Position numbers and translations under genes: made by a program. Shown in pieces: positions 13,931 to 25,732 of a stretch of DNA of 64,000 bases (position 1 is its first letter; every line of letters starts with the position of its first letter). The stretch is taken from positions 112,778,001 through 112,842,000 of the forward strand of contig JANJGN010000011.1 of the NCBI GenBank assembly GCA_026770705.1. The letters are read 5' to 3'. The notes under the pieces are model-generated. The model saw only the letters and a program-made list of their open reading frames with translations, was not told where the DNA came from and made no database searches. Source of the DNA: Isurus oxyrinchus. Its lineage: Eukaryota.

Positions 13931-14652
13931 ATGGAGGATCCTTTATCCTGTTTCATGACATAGTTGTTTGTGTTTGCTAAGAAAATGGCTGGGAATGACT
14001 ATTTCCCCAGAAATTTTTTTAGGGTAGCAGCCATTTGACCTAGGAGGGAGGATTTTCGATGGAAGGAACCCCAGTCAGGACTAAAAGTTTATCAATGCAG
14101 GTATTGTGAGCACAGTCCAGTAACTTAAAAGTCAAAGCTGACACTGGAATTTCAGGTTCACGTCTCTGTAGTCTCTTGTACCACTTATCAAAATCCATGA
14201 TATATTCTTCCATGGACTGATTATCTGTTTTCCTAAATCTATCAAAGATTGTCCAAGTTTCATACACTTCCAATAACTCATCCTTTGTTTAGAACTTATC
14301 CAAAAATTGTTGCAAAAGGGTCAATCTCTCTTCATTGTCCAAATCATCCACTTCCATTTCTGACGATACTTTACTGCTAATCATACTCTTTTCTGGTAAT
14401 GATAAAGCCAAGGCCATTCCTTGCTTCTTCAGGAGTAAAGAGGTAACCCGTGTCCACATTTCCTTCTTGTTTTTCTATTGGCGATGTGGTTACGTTTCAG
14501 AAAAAAAGTTAGTGGATGGTTGAAGCTTGAGATTTAGCACCATCCTTCCGCCATTTTGTAACTTAAATTGTCAGCAGCAATATGCTTCTTTTCCCTTGGA
14601 GGATTGAGACAAAAAACTTCATATACAGCAATCAATCATCAAAGTTTGAAGT

Positions 14653-14668
14653 TCATCCTCTGCTCCCA
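14653..14668 (-). promoter_or_regulatory. Primer-binding site complementary to the 3' end of initiator tRNA-Met
   Basis: Plus-strand TCATCCTCTGCTCCCA versus the tRNA-iMet 3' end CCATCCTCTGCTACCA, directly beside the LTR. Confidence 0.85.
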
Positions 14669-14913
14669 TGTTACTCACAATAAGTACTTATGGTGGAAGA
14701 ATAAGTCCAAAGCTAGTCTTTTTCCACAAGTTGGCTTATTCTTGAGGCAGCTCTACACTGTAACAGACTTCCTAGTGCCTCCCACACCAGTGTGTTCCAG
14801 CTGTATGTAAACATACTGTTTTGGTGGGAAAACCAATGCCCATCACCTGTTTGAACAAGCTATTATGTTTAACAATGTAATGACTATGCAGTGTAATTAC
14901 TGATACATTGACG
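14669..14913 (-). repeat. 5' LTR of the Copia element
   Basis: TGTTACT...TTGACG; direct repeat of 5504-5746; adjacent to the PBS. Confidence 0.92.
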
Positions 14914-15900
14914 GTTGATATCGATATGGACCATGACATCTGGCTGTTCACCTTCCCCCTTCAGAATGTCCTGCAGCTGCTCAGTGACATCCTTGACCCT
15001 GGCACCAGGGTGGCAACACACTATCCTGGTGTCATGCCACAGAAACTTTTGTTTGTTCCCTTCATGATAGAATCCCCTATCACTAATGCTCTCCCACTCT
15101 TTTTTCTCCCCTCCTCCTCACGTGCAGCTGAGCCACTCGTGGTGTCATGGACTTGGCTCTTGCTGCATTTCCCTGGGAAACCATCTCCTCCAGCAGTATC
15201 CAAAACAGACAATCTGTTAAAGAGGCATATGGACCCAGGATATTCCTGCCCAGTGCTTTTACTCTGTCTGACAGTCACCCATTCCCTTTCTGCCTATGTA
15301 CTCTTTACCTGAAGTGTGACCACCTCACTGTACATGTGATCCACAAATGCTGCATAGTGACTCCAGCCATAGCTCTAGCTCCTAAACGTAGATTTTTAGT
15401 AGCTGCAGCTGGAGATACTTCCTACACAGGTGGTCATCCTGGACACTGGAAGTGTCCCTGACTTCCCACATGGTGCAGGAGGAGCATTCCATGTAGCCGA
15501 ACTGCCCTGCCATGCCTTACCCCTAAATTACACCCTTTACTTTTACTTCCTCCAGTTTAAAGAATATTAAGGACAGAGGAAATACTCGCTAGTCCTACTT
15601 ACCAAGGCCACTGCTCTTTTTACTCAGGAAAGGCAGAAAATGAAAGGATCCCTCCTTCCCTCTTCAGCAAACTCCCTCTCTCACCAAACCCTAACTGAAA
15701 CACTCGAATGCAGCCCAAAATAGCACTCTTGTGCAGACAAAAGCAGCACTGTAGTTGGCTTGCTTTTATATTGTCTGAACCTAACTCCTGAAAACCTCCT
15801 CAAGCCAATTAACTAATTAACTAGCTGCAGCTGCAAACAACCTCTGTTTTAAAGCTGGACTAAAGCTCACCTTCTTCCGACCCAACGAGCAACTTTTAGT
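14914..15900 (-). mobile_element. CR1 LINE 5' part (ORF1 and 5' UTR), continuation of 2560-5503
   Basis: ORF 15021-15278 LFNRLSVLD..RALVIGDSIMKG (SGNH GDS motif). The VVHIGTNDIG-type block is split exactly by the Copia insertion. Confidence 0.85.
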
Positions 15901-16989
15901 TAGTTGTTAAATTAAAGAAAGATGGGACTTTAGATAGAAATTAATCCTTAGAAGTCCCCCTCTTATCAAATTCCAACAGAAGCACTCTAATACAGCCCTG
16001 CGGCTGCATAACTAATGAGTCGGGATGCAGACAAAAACCCGCCATTGTGGCTGATGGGTAAAGCATCACTTTTCATGCCCGATACCACACTTAGTGCAAT
16101 TCTGAGGCAATTCTGCCCAAAGAGTCATTATCACAGAATCATTACGGCACAGAAGGAGACCATTCAACCCATTGAGTCCATGCTGGCAAATATCAGTAAG
16201 ATAAGTAGCCAGTTAGTCTTTTCAAGAGATGTTGGTTGTGACTCAAATATTGGTCAGCCTACCATTAAACTCCTGCTCCAATTTGATTAGATTAAATGGG
16301 AAGTTTACATTCAACTAAAATTAAACTGTGGGCCTAGGTTTAATGCCTCAACAAAAAGATGCCATGTAGTTCCCTTGTATTACTCAGAAGTTAGAACCTA
16401 GATGGGATACTCAAGTATGTGTGCACTCTATGAACTTCTGACTGAGAGGTGAAAATTCTGGAATAAAGATGGCACAAGGCATGAGGAACTTATTGGTTGT
16501 GTTTTATTTCTTAAGATAGGAAAATTTGAGGTTATGTGATTGAAATCTCAAAAGAAAGTAAGTTAATTAATTCAAACAATGGGGACAGTTTTAACTCCAA
16601 GGCAAGAATGGTTGTGAGATAAAAGAAGGGTTAAGTGACCATTTATTCTACCAAATCATAACAGAATTGCAGAATAAGTTAACAGGTAAAGTCATTGAAG
16701 CAGGCAAGATAAATGGGGACAAGAGATAATTGGATGTTTCTGGAGAAAGAAGGCTTGAAGCATATGGTGAGAAGGTGGGTAAAAAGAATCTAGTGGTCTA
16801 TCCCTGTTTCCAAACATCCCAATGCTCAAACAGGTCCAAAATCTCAAGAAAATGCACATTTCTCGCAAGATACTTGTCCTTTTCCATCAAATCACAGGAT
16901 AACTCATTACAAAGATTAAATTGGGCTACTTTTATTAATACAACTTTTTTTCAATCATTTCGTTACTTCATTGTGATTTATTCCCTGTA

Positions 16990-17150
16990 ATGGCTTCTCT
17001 TCATCCACCTACACTGCTACCTTTGGAGTCCCCCAAGGATCTATATTTGCCCTCTATTTCCCACTTACATGCATTCCCTTAATGGCACCATCTGAAAGCA
17101 CAGGGTCAGTTTCCACATATACACTGACAATACTCAGCTTTAGCTCGCTA
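16990..17150 (+). mobile_element. L2-type LINE RT fragment
   Basis: GVPQGSI..LYM..HRVSFHIYTDNTQL (YADDTQL-like). Confidence 0.65.
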
Positions 17151-17459
17151 TTACCCCTGCTTGTCATGTCCTGCTGTCTCCAGGCCTGGGCCACCTTGAC
17201 CTATAAGTGAGAGAAAATTGTGTCAATGAGTGTGGTGCAAGGTGTTTGTGCGATGGTTGAATAACTGGCAGTTTGTGCAAGCTGCGATATGTGTGCGTGA
17301 AGTTTGCAGCAGTGCCAAATGTGAAAGTGTGCAGTGAAGCAATAAATTTTAGGTATATTTCATGATTGTTAGAGGTTGTTGATAGTGAGTTGTGGAGGCA
17401 GAGTTTGAACAGTTTATTAGGCTAGTGGTGCAGTTGGTAGGACATGACATTTTAAGATA

Positions 17460-17710
17460 CATTCATTGGCCTTGGCTACTTCTGTGAGGTCACTGAACTT
17501 TTTGCGGTACTGCATCCAAGTCTTTAGAGCTGGAATATTAGCATTGACTATCACAGTTATCTGGAGCACTGCTGACTTCACAAGGTTTATCTGGAGGGCC
17601 TCCTGGTCTCTGAGGATAGATTACATGTCTCCTTCTCTCCACCTCTTGCACCAAGGCCTCCACTGCAGTATTGGAAAATCTTGGAGTCCACTCTCTGCCA
17701 TGTTGCACCA
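17460..17710 (-). pseudogene. Harbinger Myb/SANT-like remnant
   Basis: Minus-strand translation PRFSNTAVEALVQEVERRRHVIYP...KTWMQYRKKFSDLT. Confidence 0.7.
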
Positions 17711-20700
17711 TTTTTCTGTGTTTTCCAGGGCAGAATCAGTTTTTAAATGCCTTCCAGTACCTGCCCAAGTCACAGTGCCTCACCTCTTTAAGAGACTGGC
17801 TTTGACTTGTACTAACCTTTTCTGATTTTGCACTCCCTGCTCAGGTGTACAGCCACTCAATAATACAATTAGCGCTGGAAGCAGGCTGCATTTAATTAAA
17901 TTAGCGGGCAGCACAAAGTTTCTGTGCCACATACATTGGCAGAAATAGGTGTGGGGTTCTTCCAATTCAAGACCTATGTGCCCATTTTTGGATCCTAACC
18001 AATCTCAAGGCCACATTCCTTTATATTTTTGTTTGCTCCTTGTCTATACAAGATGTTGCGCAAGTGAAAAAAGTATCTTTTCACACAACAGGTGGTGGAT
18101 GGCTTATGCTTAGTTCTGCCAATGAATATTGGGGGCACAGGGGTGCTTAGGTAGAGGCTTTTATACTCCTACATGTATTCTGCTTACATACTACACGGAG
18201 GTAGAAGACAAGGGCTGATAGAGACACAACTGTGCTGAAGCAGCCCACAAAATTTGAAGATAACATCCATACCTGTTTCAGCTGAGAAGTAAGTGTATGT
18301 GAGAAAGATTAAAACAAATGAAGAATACTTGTTGGGTGGTAACCTATGGTTTCAAACTTTCCTTGTCAACTTCCTTTCACAGCAGCATGCCATTGACAGT
18401 GCTACAATTCTGTGAGAGGCATTGATTCAAGTGCAGAGTCCCATGGAGTAAACCGTATCATCTTGAACATCTACAGAGAAGATCCAAACAGTGTGCAAGT
18501 GGTGAACAATGTTCTGTTATGCACACAGTGACTGACGGCACTGGGAATTAGACCTTGTTGACTGAATGTGTTGCTGAAATCAGTGTCTATCCCGTGCATC
18601 ACCGTGGTGCAGTCCATATGATCCAAAAGTTGCATTAGGCCACCATGAATATGAAACTTTCTGATGAAGGAGTCAATAATACCTGAGTGAAGACTCACAT
18701 CATCTGAATGTTCCCTGCCTTCCCCTTTCTGGATCTTCATAGATTGGGCATTTTAATATTTCAGTTAATTTACCTTTTCAAATATATATTTCCCTGTTCA
18801 TAGAATTTCTCCTTTATTGCACATTGGAAATGTTGTTTCCAGGCACAGTTAGGATGAATTGGGACCACAGTCATTGGCCAGAATCTTCCAGGCCCATCTG
18901 CAGCAGGAAGCTTGGCGAGTTGATAGTGGGTGGGGTGGGGGGGAGGTGGTGGGCGTGGGCTTCATTTCGTCTGAGGCCAAAAGTTGGTTTCCCAACAGCT
19001 GGATGAATATCCACATTAAGTTCTTGGGACCTTAAAGGTAGGTTGAGTTTCCCCACAATAAGTGTTGGAAAGCCCTTTTGTATTTTCATATCATGCATGC
19101 TCATTAAAAAGCCTGCTTGCCAGGATTAAGTGCTTCATCCAAATTAAGTTCTCCGCCAGCGAGAAATTCGAATGCTCACATTTATGACTGCATATAAGAG
19201 ATGTGCACCTGGTGGGTTAGACTTCCTCCTGGACTTTGAAGTGAGTAGCTGCTGCTTTGCCCTTCTTGGGAATAGCTCGCAAATGTCAGTCTCTTGACTG
19301 AGATCAGGTGACGGTAGGCCAAGCTGTGTAAAGGCTGGGCAGTAGAGGCAGGGTGAGCAAGGAAGGATGGAATGAAGGCTGGGCAAGGGAGGCAGGGTCA
19401 GCAGAGAAGGTGGGAGGGTGTCCAGGGAAAGAAGCCAGACTGTCCTGGGCTTTTTTAGGAGGGCAAGCATGCCACACATGCATTGGTCCCTTTTTAGGAT
19501 GTTGGCTGGCCTCTCTGGTTAGTGAACATCATAGAGAGATGGGTCTATTGGTTGGTAGTGTCATGCGTTTGGTCCGAAGGGTTTGAATGAGGGCATTGGG
19601 AGGCAGTGGTGACAGAGAGGGGAGTTGGGTCAGGTAGGGGGGAAGTGCTGGACTCATGGTTGGGTAGTGGATGGTCCTATGTGGTGGGGGGGATGGTGTC
19701 ATGGAAAATCAGCTGTCCTTGAGAACAAGAGGGGTCAGGGGTCAGTGTCAGGAGGGGCATGGATATTTCAATGGTTATGGGAACAGGGGAGAGAGCAGGA
19801 ATGTCTACACAATCGATAATAGGGTCCAGGATAATGAGGGGAGTTTGAAGAGTTACAGGAGGGAGGGGAATAACAAGGCAGTAATTGTGTAGGGTGATGG
19901 GGGGGATCTTGGTGGGTAACAGGCAGAGGGTGGAAGATGCTTCATTAGCTGGTAAACCTCATGCACCATGCTGAAGCTCCCAAGGTTGTTGCGTAGATTG
20001 CAAAACCCTTTAAGTATTTGATTTGAGAGGAGTTTCTTTTCAGGTGGGAGGGGTTAATGCTTTGATTTTAGACTGAGTAAAGGGCTCAGTTATTAGTCTG
20101 CTCCATGGAGAACCAGGCTGAACTGAGTTCTCCTCTTGAGGTTCCAACACCCAACAAGCCAGCATTGCTCCATGACAAATTGATCCCATTCCAGGGAAAA
20201 CCCATCAAAGCCTGGAGCTGCTGTATATTGAATGCTGATTGGCATCTACTGCTGTCAGAGGCATGGATCGAGGGAGGGAGGGAGGAAGTGAGGTGGATGC
20301 CTCCATGGGGCATGGGCGGTGGACGGCAGCAAAGTCCTGACTTCAAACCTCCTTCCTCCTGGGTAAATGGTCATGTCTGACAAGGGCTTATGTGGTAAGT
20401 CTTTCTGTGATTCCAAGGCAATGTTCTCTTTAGAGATTTCCGAGGGGAATGCAAACAGGCTGAATAGTGTCTGAGGAAGCATTCACGCAGTTGGCCATCA
20501 TTACCCTGGAGTCAATGCACAATGTCCCCATGCACAATTATGTATGAACAGGAAGAACATTGGTCTGGTGTCCTCCAGGATGTCCTTCACCTGGAAGAGG
20601 TGGAGTGGGGATGCCAGGCACAGGGCTTTGCATTGGATTAGAGACTCAGCGAAGGAGGCTAATGTACAAAGAATATGTTGATTAGATGGATCACTGCAAT

Positions 20701-20999
20701 TTGTTCACAGATCCACTCAAGTATGGATGATGCAGGCTCCAGGCAACCCTGCTTTTCTACTGGCTTTGGTCCAGTGCGGAGGAACTGGCACAGGTTAGCC
20801 CAGGGCCAGGAGGATCAACAGCCAAAGCAGCAAGAGGCAGAAGAGCCTCAAGAAGATCAGGGTGCTGGTGACCAGGGATCAGTGCAATAGCGATCATTAC
20901 TAAACTCAGGTTTAGCGCAGATGATGCAGCCACCTATAAAACAGCGAAAGGGAATGCCGGAGGCATCTTTGGATGTCCCAAAATGTGGTTGCGCACATA

Positions 21000-21800
21000 T
21001 GCCAGCTTCTCCACGAAGATTTGCCCTCTCAAGGACTTGGAGGAAATCACATTTTACTGGGGTCCTAATTTCCTTTGCCAGTGGCTCCTTCCAGGACTCC
21101 AATAGAAACCTATGCAGCATTTTCTAGTCAGCGATGCACAAATGCATATGGGAGGTGGCAGATGCCCTGTTCAGGTTAGCGCACCAATTTGTTAAATTCC
21201 GCTTGGATCCCAAAGAGCCAGATAGCTAGAGAATTGAGTTCTGTAGCAATCATAGGATTTCCACAAGTTCAAGGGGTTATTGACTGCACATGTGTGGCAT
21301 TGAGAATTCCCTGGCATCATTAATTAACAGGAAAGATTTCCACTCTTTGAACATGTAGCTAATATGTCATCACATCAGACAAGTCCTGCATTTTTGTGCA
21401 CAGTTCCCATAGTGCTCTCACAATACCTACACTCTGAACCAGTCAGAGGTGCCACATGTTTTTAAAGGGCTCAGAGATTGCAGGGCTGGCTCCTCGGGGA
21501 CAAGGGATACCCCCAGAAGGTCTATATGATGACACCAGTTCATCATCTGCAGAGTGCCACTGGGGAGAGGTACAATACCATACATGCCTCCACAAGAGCT
21601 GCCATTGAGCAGACAATAGGCCTCCTAAAGATAAGGTTCAAATGTTTGGAGCACTCAGGGGCACTTCAATATTCGCCACGAAGAATGTACCAGATCATTG
21701 TTGCCTTCTGTACCCTGCACAACCTCCTGCAACAAAGTGGGGATGTCTTGGCAGAGGGAGACATGGAGGGCTAAGATGTTTCCTCCAATGATGAGGTTGG
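21000..21800 (+). pseudogene. Harbinger (HARBI1-like) DDE transposase remnant
   Basis: FASGSFQ, GFPQVQGVIDCTCV, INRKDFHSLN, WLLGDKGYP, IEQTIGLLKIRFKCL, CTLHN; stops and frameshifts. Confidence 0.92.
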
Positions 21801-22911
21801 TGAAGGGGATGGTGATGACAGCCTCAGGGGCACAGGCGGAGGCCCTTGCAAGGGTATGACGTGGCTTACAGGCTCGTGATGATCTCGTAACTAAAGATTC
21901 CAGGCAGAGTAAGCTGCTGATACTTAGCCATTACTATTTGGTTTTCAGTCCTGTACTGGCTAGTCGGCTGTGGCTACTTATTTGTAACACAAATTATTGT
22001 TGCTCTCATGTACCTTGACTTGTGACTGCTGAGTTAAATTGCACAACTTAACAACAGCCCTGCTGGTGGTGTGATCGTTGCTTGCACCAAACTGTGCTGA
22101 TATGCATGAATCAGAACCATGTATCATAAAATTATCAAAGGAACTTTGGACTCCACTCAATGACAGTGCCTCAACCACAATATAGGGTGTGGATGGTCCG
22201 CTATTCGAGACCCTCCAATTGCAGAGAGCCATGCAAATCTCAGTCCTAGATGGCCTATTATTAATGTCAGACTGTGTACCATCACTCTGTACACACCAGC
22301 CGGATTAAACATCTTTCCTGCATTGACCCTGCAGAGCCCTGTGAGAGCTTTTGATGCTTCACATGGACAGTCTCTCAGCCCTCTGGTCCAGCACACAGGC
22401 ATATTCTACTTGCTCTCGGGATAATATCCTGGTCCTTTAGTGATAGCTGGTGTACTTTTGTTGCAATCCCTTTATACAAGATCTGTTCCTACCCTTGATA
22501 AGGAGACGAACAGTCCAAACAATTCTCCTTGTGAAGTCTCATAAAGACTGCAGTCAACTGTACACACATCTCTTCAATCCTACGTTCAATCCCACTTGCA
22601 GTCAAGATCAACTTGCTCGTTGCCTCCTTACTTGCAGCCATCACCTGTAGATTAACTCAGCTACAATTCAACAAGGATAGCCAGGAACAATTGGACATGC
22701 ATACCCCAACATTCACCTAACATCTAGGGAAGCCTCTGGTTTTCTATTGTTCAGACCACAGTGGAGACCTTCATTCTTTTAACCCTCAAGCTGCATCTTC
22801 AGTGTTCCTTGCTACTCACACAGTCTGTTTAGCTCCCCTTAAGGACTCTTTGTATCCATCCACACCTCACATCAGGACAACATCAGCAGGACAAGTAATG
22901 ACTTCACTGCA

Positions 22912-23048
22912 TAAAAGCAAAATATTGTGGATGCTGGAAATCTGCAATAAAAACAGAAAACGCTGGTAAAACTCAGCAGGTCTGGCAGCATCTGTGGAAA
23001 GAGAAACAGAGTTAATGGTTTGAGTCCGTAAAACCGTCCTTCAGAGTG
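22912..23048 (-). mobile_element. Short Penelope pLTR fragment with eroded hammerhead motif
   Basis: Similar to 9695-9826 (ATGCTGGAAATCTG..ACTCAGCAGGTCTGGCAGCATCTGTGGA..CAGAGTTAA). Confidence 0.75.
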
Positions 23049-23262
23049 CACTTTGCGTAGACGTCATTCTCAGAGCTCCAAACCTGGTGAGCTTACAAAT
23101 AATCGATTGCATGATGCGTGCCAAGGCCGCACCCTCACAAGTGATGGTCAATGCTTCAGCATCCTGATGTTGCAATATTCAGTATTCACAATGTTCATAA
23201 TTTGAAACAAGCGACTCTATAGGAGGATATTATCGGACTCTGATGAGGGACCGAGTTCATCG

Positions 23263-23517
23263 CTCTAGCCATGGGTGCAGTGCAGCAGTGGCTAGGTGAG
23301 AGGGGGATGGGGCACCTAAACCTCCCTCCAGGTGCCCCTTCTCCTCAGCAAGTCAGGGAGGTGCCATCGCGGACCAACAGGGAGGAGGAACACCAGCAAG
23401 GCACCCCAGGGGCTTTATCCCAGGACTCCACAAGAGTGCCCTGCCGCTCAACCTCCTCTCTGCCTGTTGTTAGAATCATATCTCTCTGGACTGAACTTTT
23501 CTTTTACTAAATTGGAA
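23263..23517 (+). repeat. Inverted copy of 24744-24992
   Basis: Near-identical reverse-complement segments; ORFs 23271-23510(+) and 24731-24979(-) encode near-identical peptides. Confidence 0.92.
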
Positions 23518-23852
23518 AACACCTGCGACCATTGAAGAAACCAGCAGCAAGATGAGAATCCAGGACACTTCCAAACAGAGCAAGTCAACAAATATTTACA
23601 AGTGACAAAACTACATACAATGGTTGTACACCCGTGCCATCCATCTGCCTTCAATACTTCTAATTTTTTTTTCCCTATCGCTACACTTTTGTGTAGCCCC
23701 GACATTCAACGCTGAGGTAAACCGCTATTCTCTGTTGACTGTAATGACTTTGGCGGGCTTTGTCTGGTGGCCTGAGGCCTAGAGAGCCCTGGCCCGCTCA
23801 GGTTCATGCGCACCATCACCTGTCTAACCTGCTGGAGACGATGGGGTCACAG

Positions 23853-24792
23853 TATTACAACCAGGATAGGAAGAGTGCACAAATTATCAAGTCCTACTAC
23901 TGCACAGATCATGCCATTCATTTAAATGTTTAATTTTCTTAATGAAATGGCCAATTGTGTACCTACACCTCTAGTACCTAGAAGAAAAGAGACTTTGATC
24001 AGGCTTCTTTCAAATACTCAGAATGATTAATTTATTTTAAAACAAAAATTCTTTTAACAAGTTGCAAACACTAGTTAACACAGAATTGTAATCAGGAAGT
24101 ATAAATATCTATATTTTCCTAAAGAATTCCCCCAGCACACACGCACAGGCACACACACACACATACAGACAAACAAAGTACAAACTGTTAGAGTATCTCT
24201 GCAGAGATGGGTTTTGGAGATTGGGTGTTATAAAATGCAGGATAAAGTCCGCAGGATCTTGATGCTATTGACCTGGAGTTCTCTCATGCGAAGACAGGCT
24301 GTTGATCCTGGTGGATGCCAAAAAGTTCTCACCACTGGTCTCAGCTTTGTAGGTCCAAATGCAGACTAGTCACACTTAGATGAGGATTCTCTGGCTACAG
24401 GTTGATAGCCACTCACAATTTTAGGTAAAGTAGAAAGAGGGGGCCAGTCAAGGTAGCCTTCTTTCCTCAGCTTGTTCTCCAACAAGACTAGTTTCAAAAC
24501 AAGTAGGTTCACAACTTAAGTTTTTCCCTCCTTCCCATTTAATTGCCTTATTTTTTTGCTCCCAGCTTTTCATTAAATAAAGTATTTTGCAGCTCAACAC
24601 AAACAAACAACCCCTTCTCAAGTACCATATGGGTCAGATGATTTCATGGAAGAGGTCTGCTTGTTGACAGTTCCAAGGTGAACTTATAACCTTTTAAAAA
24701 AAATCCTAGGTTAGCATCCGGATGCCCAGATCATGTAAATTCCTTCCATTTAGTAAAATGAAAGTTCAGTTCAAAGAGATATGATTCTAACA
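23853..24792. mobile_element. Solo LTR with 4-bp TSD ACAG
   Basis: TATTACA...CTAACA ends; ACAG at 23849-23852 and 24793-24796; AT-rich block interrupting GC-richer Harbinger sequence. Confidence 0.7.
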
Positions 24793-25732
24793 ACAGGCAG
24801 AGAGGAAGTTGAGCGGCAGGGCACTCTTGTGGAGTGTCCTGGGATAAAGCCCTTGGGGTGACTTGCTGGTGTTTCTCCTTCCTGTTGGTCCGCGATGGCA
24901 CGTCCCTGACTTGCTGAGGAGAAGGAGCACCTGGAGCGAGGTTGATGTGCCCCGTCCCCCTCTCACCTAGCCACTGCACCCATGGCTAGAGCAATGGAAT
25001 ACAGGTCTATGCACATATCCAGCAGTCACTGTGTGTCCTGCTGGACCCGGGTCTCCAAAGGGGTCATTGCCCTTTTCATCAAGGTAGTCAAGCCAGAGCT
25101 ACAACAGCAGACAAACTCCTCCAGCCTTCAGTCTGCGCGTGGTCTCTGGCACCTCTGCCTGATATTTCCCTGCCTTTCTCTGCATCTCCAACATGTCTCT
25201 TATGACCGGGTCCAGAGGCTTGTCATCTGCATGGTGGTCAGCATTGGCCTAGTCTCAGAGACCTCAGTTATCACTTCCTCCATCAGCTGTGGACCCATGT
25301 CTGCAGGATGCTGAGCAGACTGCGACCCTGAGCCTACTGTAAAATGTGCATCCACCAAGGTAAATGTCTCTATGCTGTTGGAGGGTGCAGCTAATCTCCA
25401 TGATGGTGCATCCTCTAAGGATTGAGAGTCATCATGCTCAGAGGTATGGTTTGGAGATGGAGCTCTGGGTCAACTGCGTTCTTTTCCTCCCACTTGCTGG
25501 TATCTGGAATGGAGAAGAGAAATATTTAGTGGATGTCTAAGCAGGCTCCCTTATCTATGCTTCATTCTACTGGTGCGTCTAGCAACTTCAGACTGGAGGC
25601 AACCGCACTGGCTTGCTGGGGGAGTCTTGTCTCATCTTCAGTGCATGCATGGTCCCGGTCCCCACCAGCTAGTTCGGTGGCCTCCTTTTCAAAGATGCTG
25701 AGTACTTTGATATCCGGAATGACACTGCCAGT

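Larger units (their letters stand above)
5504..14913 (-). mobile_element. Ty1/Copia LTR retrotransposon, GalEa-like, two LTRs, degenerate gag-pol, with nested insertions
   Basis: Paired ~243-bp LTRs, degenerate 5-bp TSD (GCTGG/GTTGA), tRNA-iMet PBS, polypurine tract next to 5746. Domain order: gag (14040-14273), degenerate CCHC knuckle (CFQCDSQYHYANE, ~9490), protease (VLDSSCTSMVCG), integrase (CEIC, VATDLK, WKGPGKV), RT (IKAAFLQG, LNKCVYGLND, TRPDASYD), RNase H (KRVTKSTLAAE). Confidence 0.92.
18875..25732. mobile_element. Degenerate, rearranged Harbinger element region with nested inserts
   Basis: TIR-like TGGCCAGAATCTTCC at ~18875; HARBI1-like transposase on + (~21000-21800); accessory-gene remnant on - (25562-25756 IPDIKVLSIFEKEATELAG, similar to MPEIKVLTDFEKRAIQPAG in ORF 48184-48873). 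May be more than one copy. Confidence 0.6.

Noticed and set aside
18471-18740. 89-aa minus-strand ORF as a host exon
   Set aside because: No recognisable domain and no consistent splice-site pair or frame.
23263-24992. TIR pair of a foldback transposon
   Set aside because: The repeat unit is a chimeric LTR/Harbinger junction with no TSD at its outer ends; a local inverted duplication explains it better.
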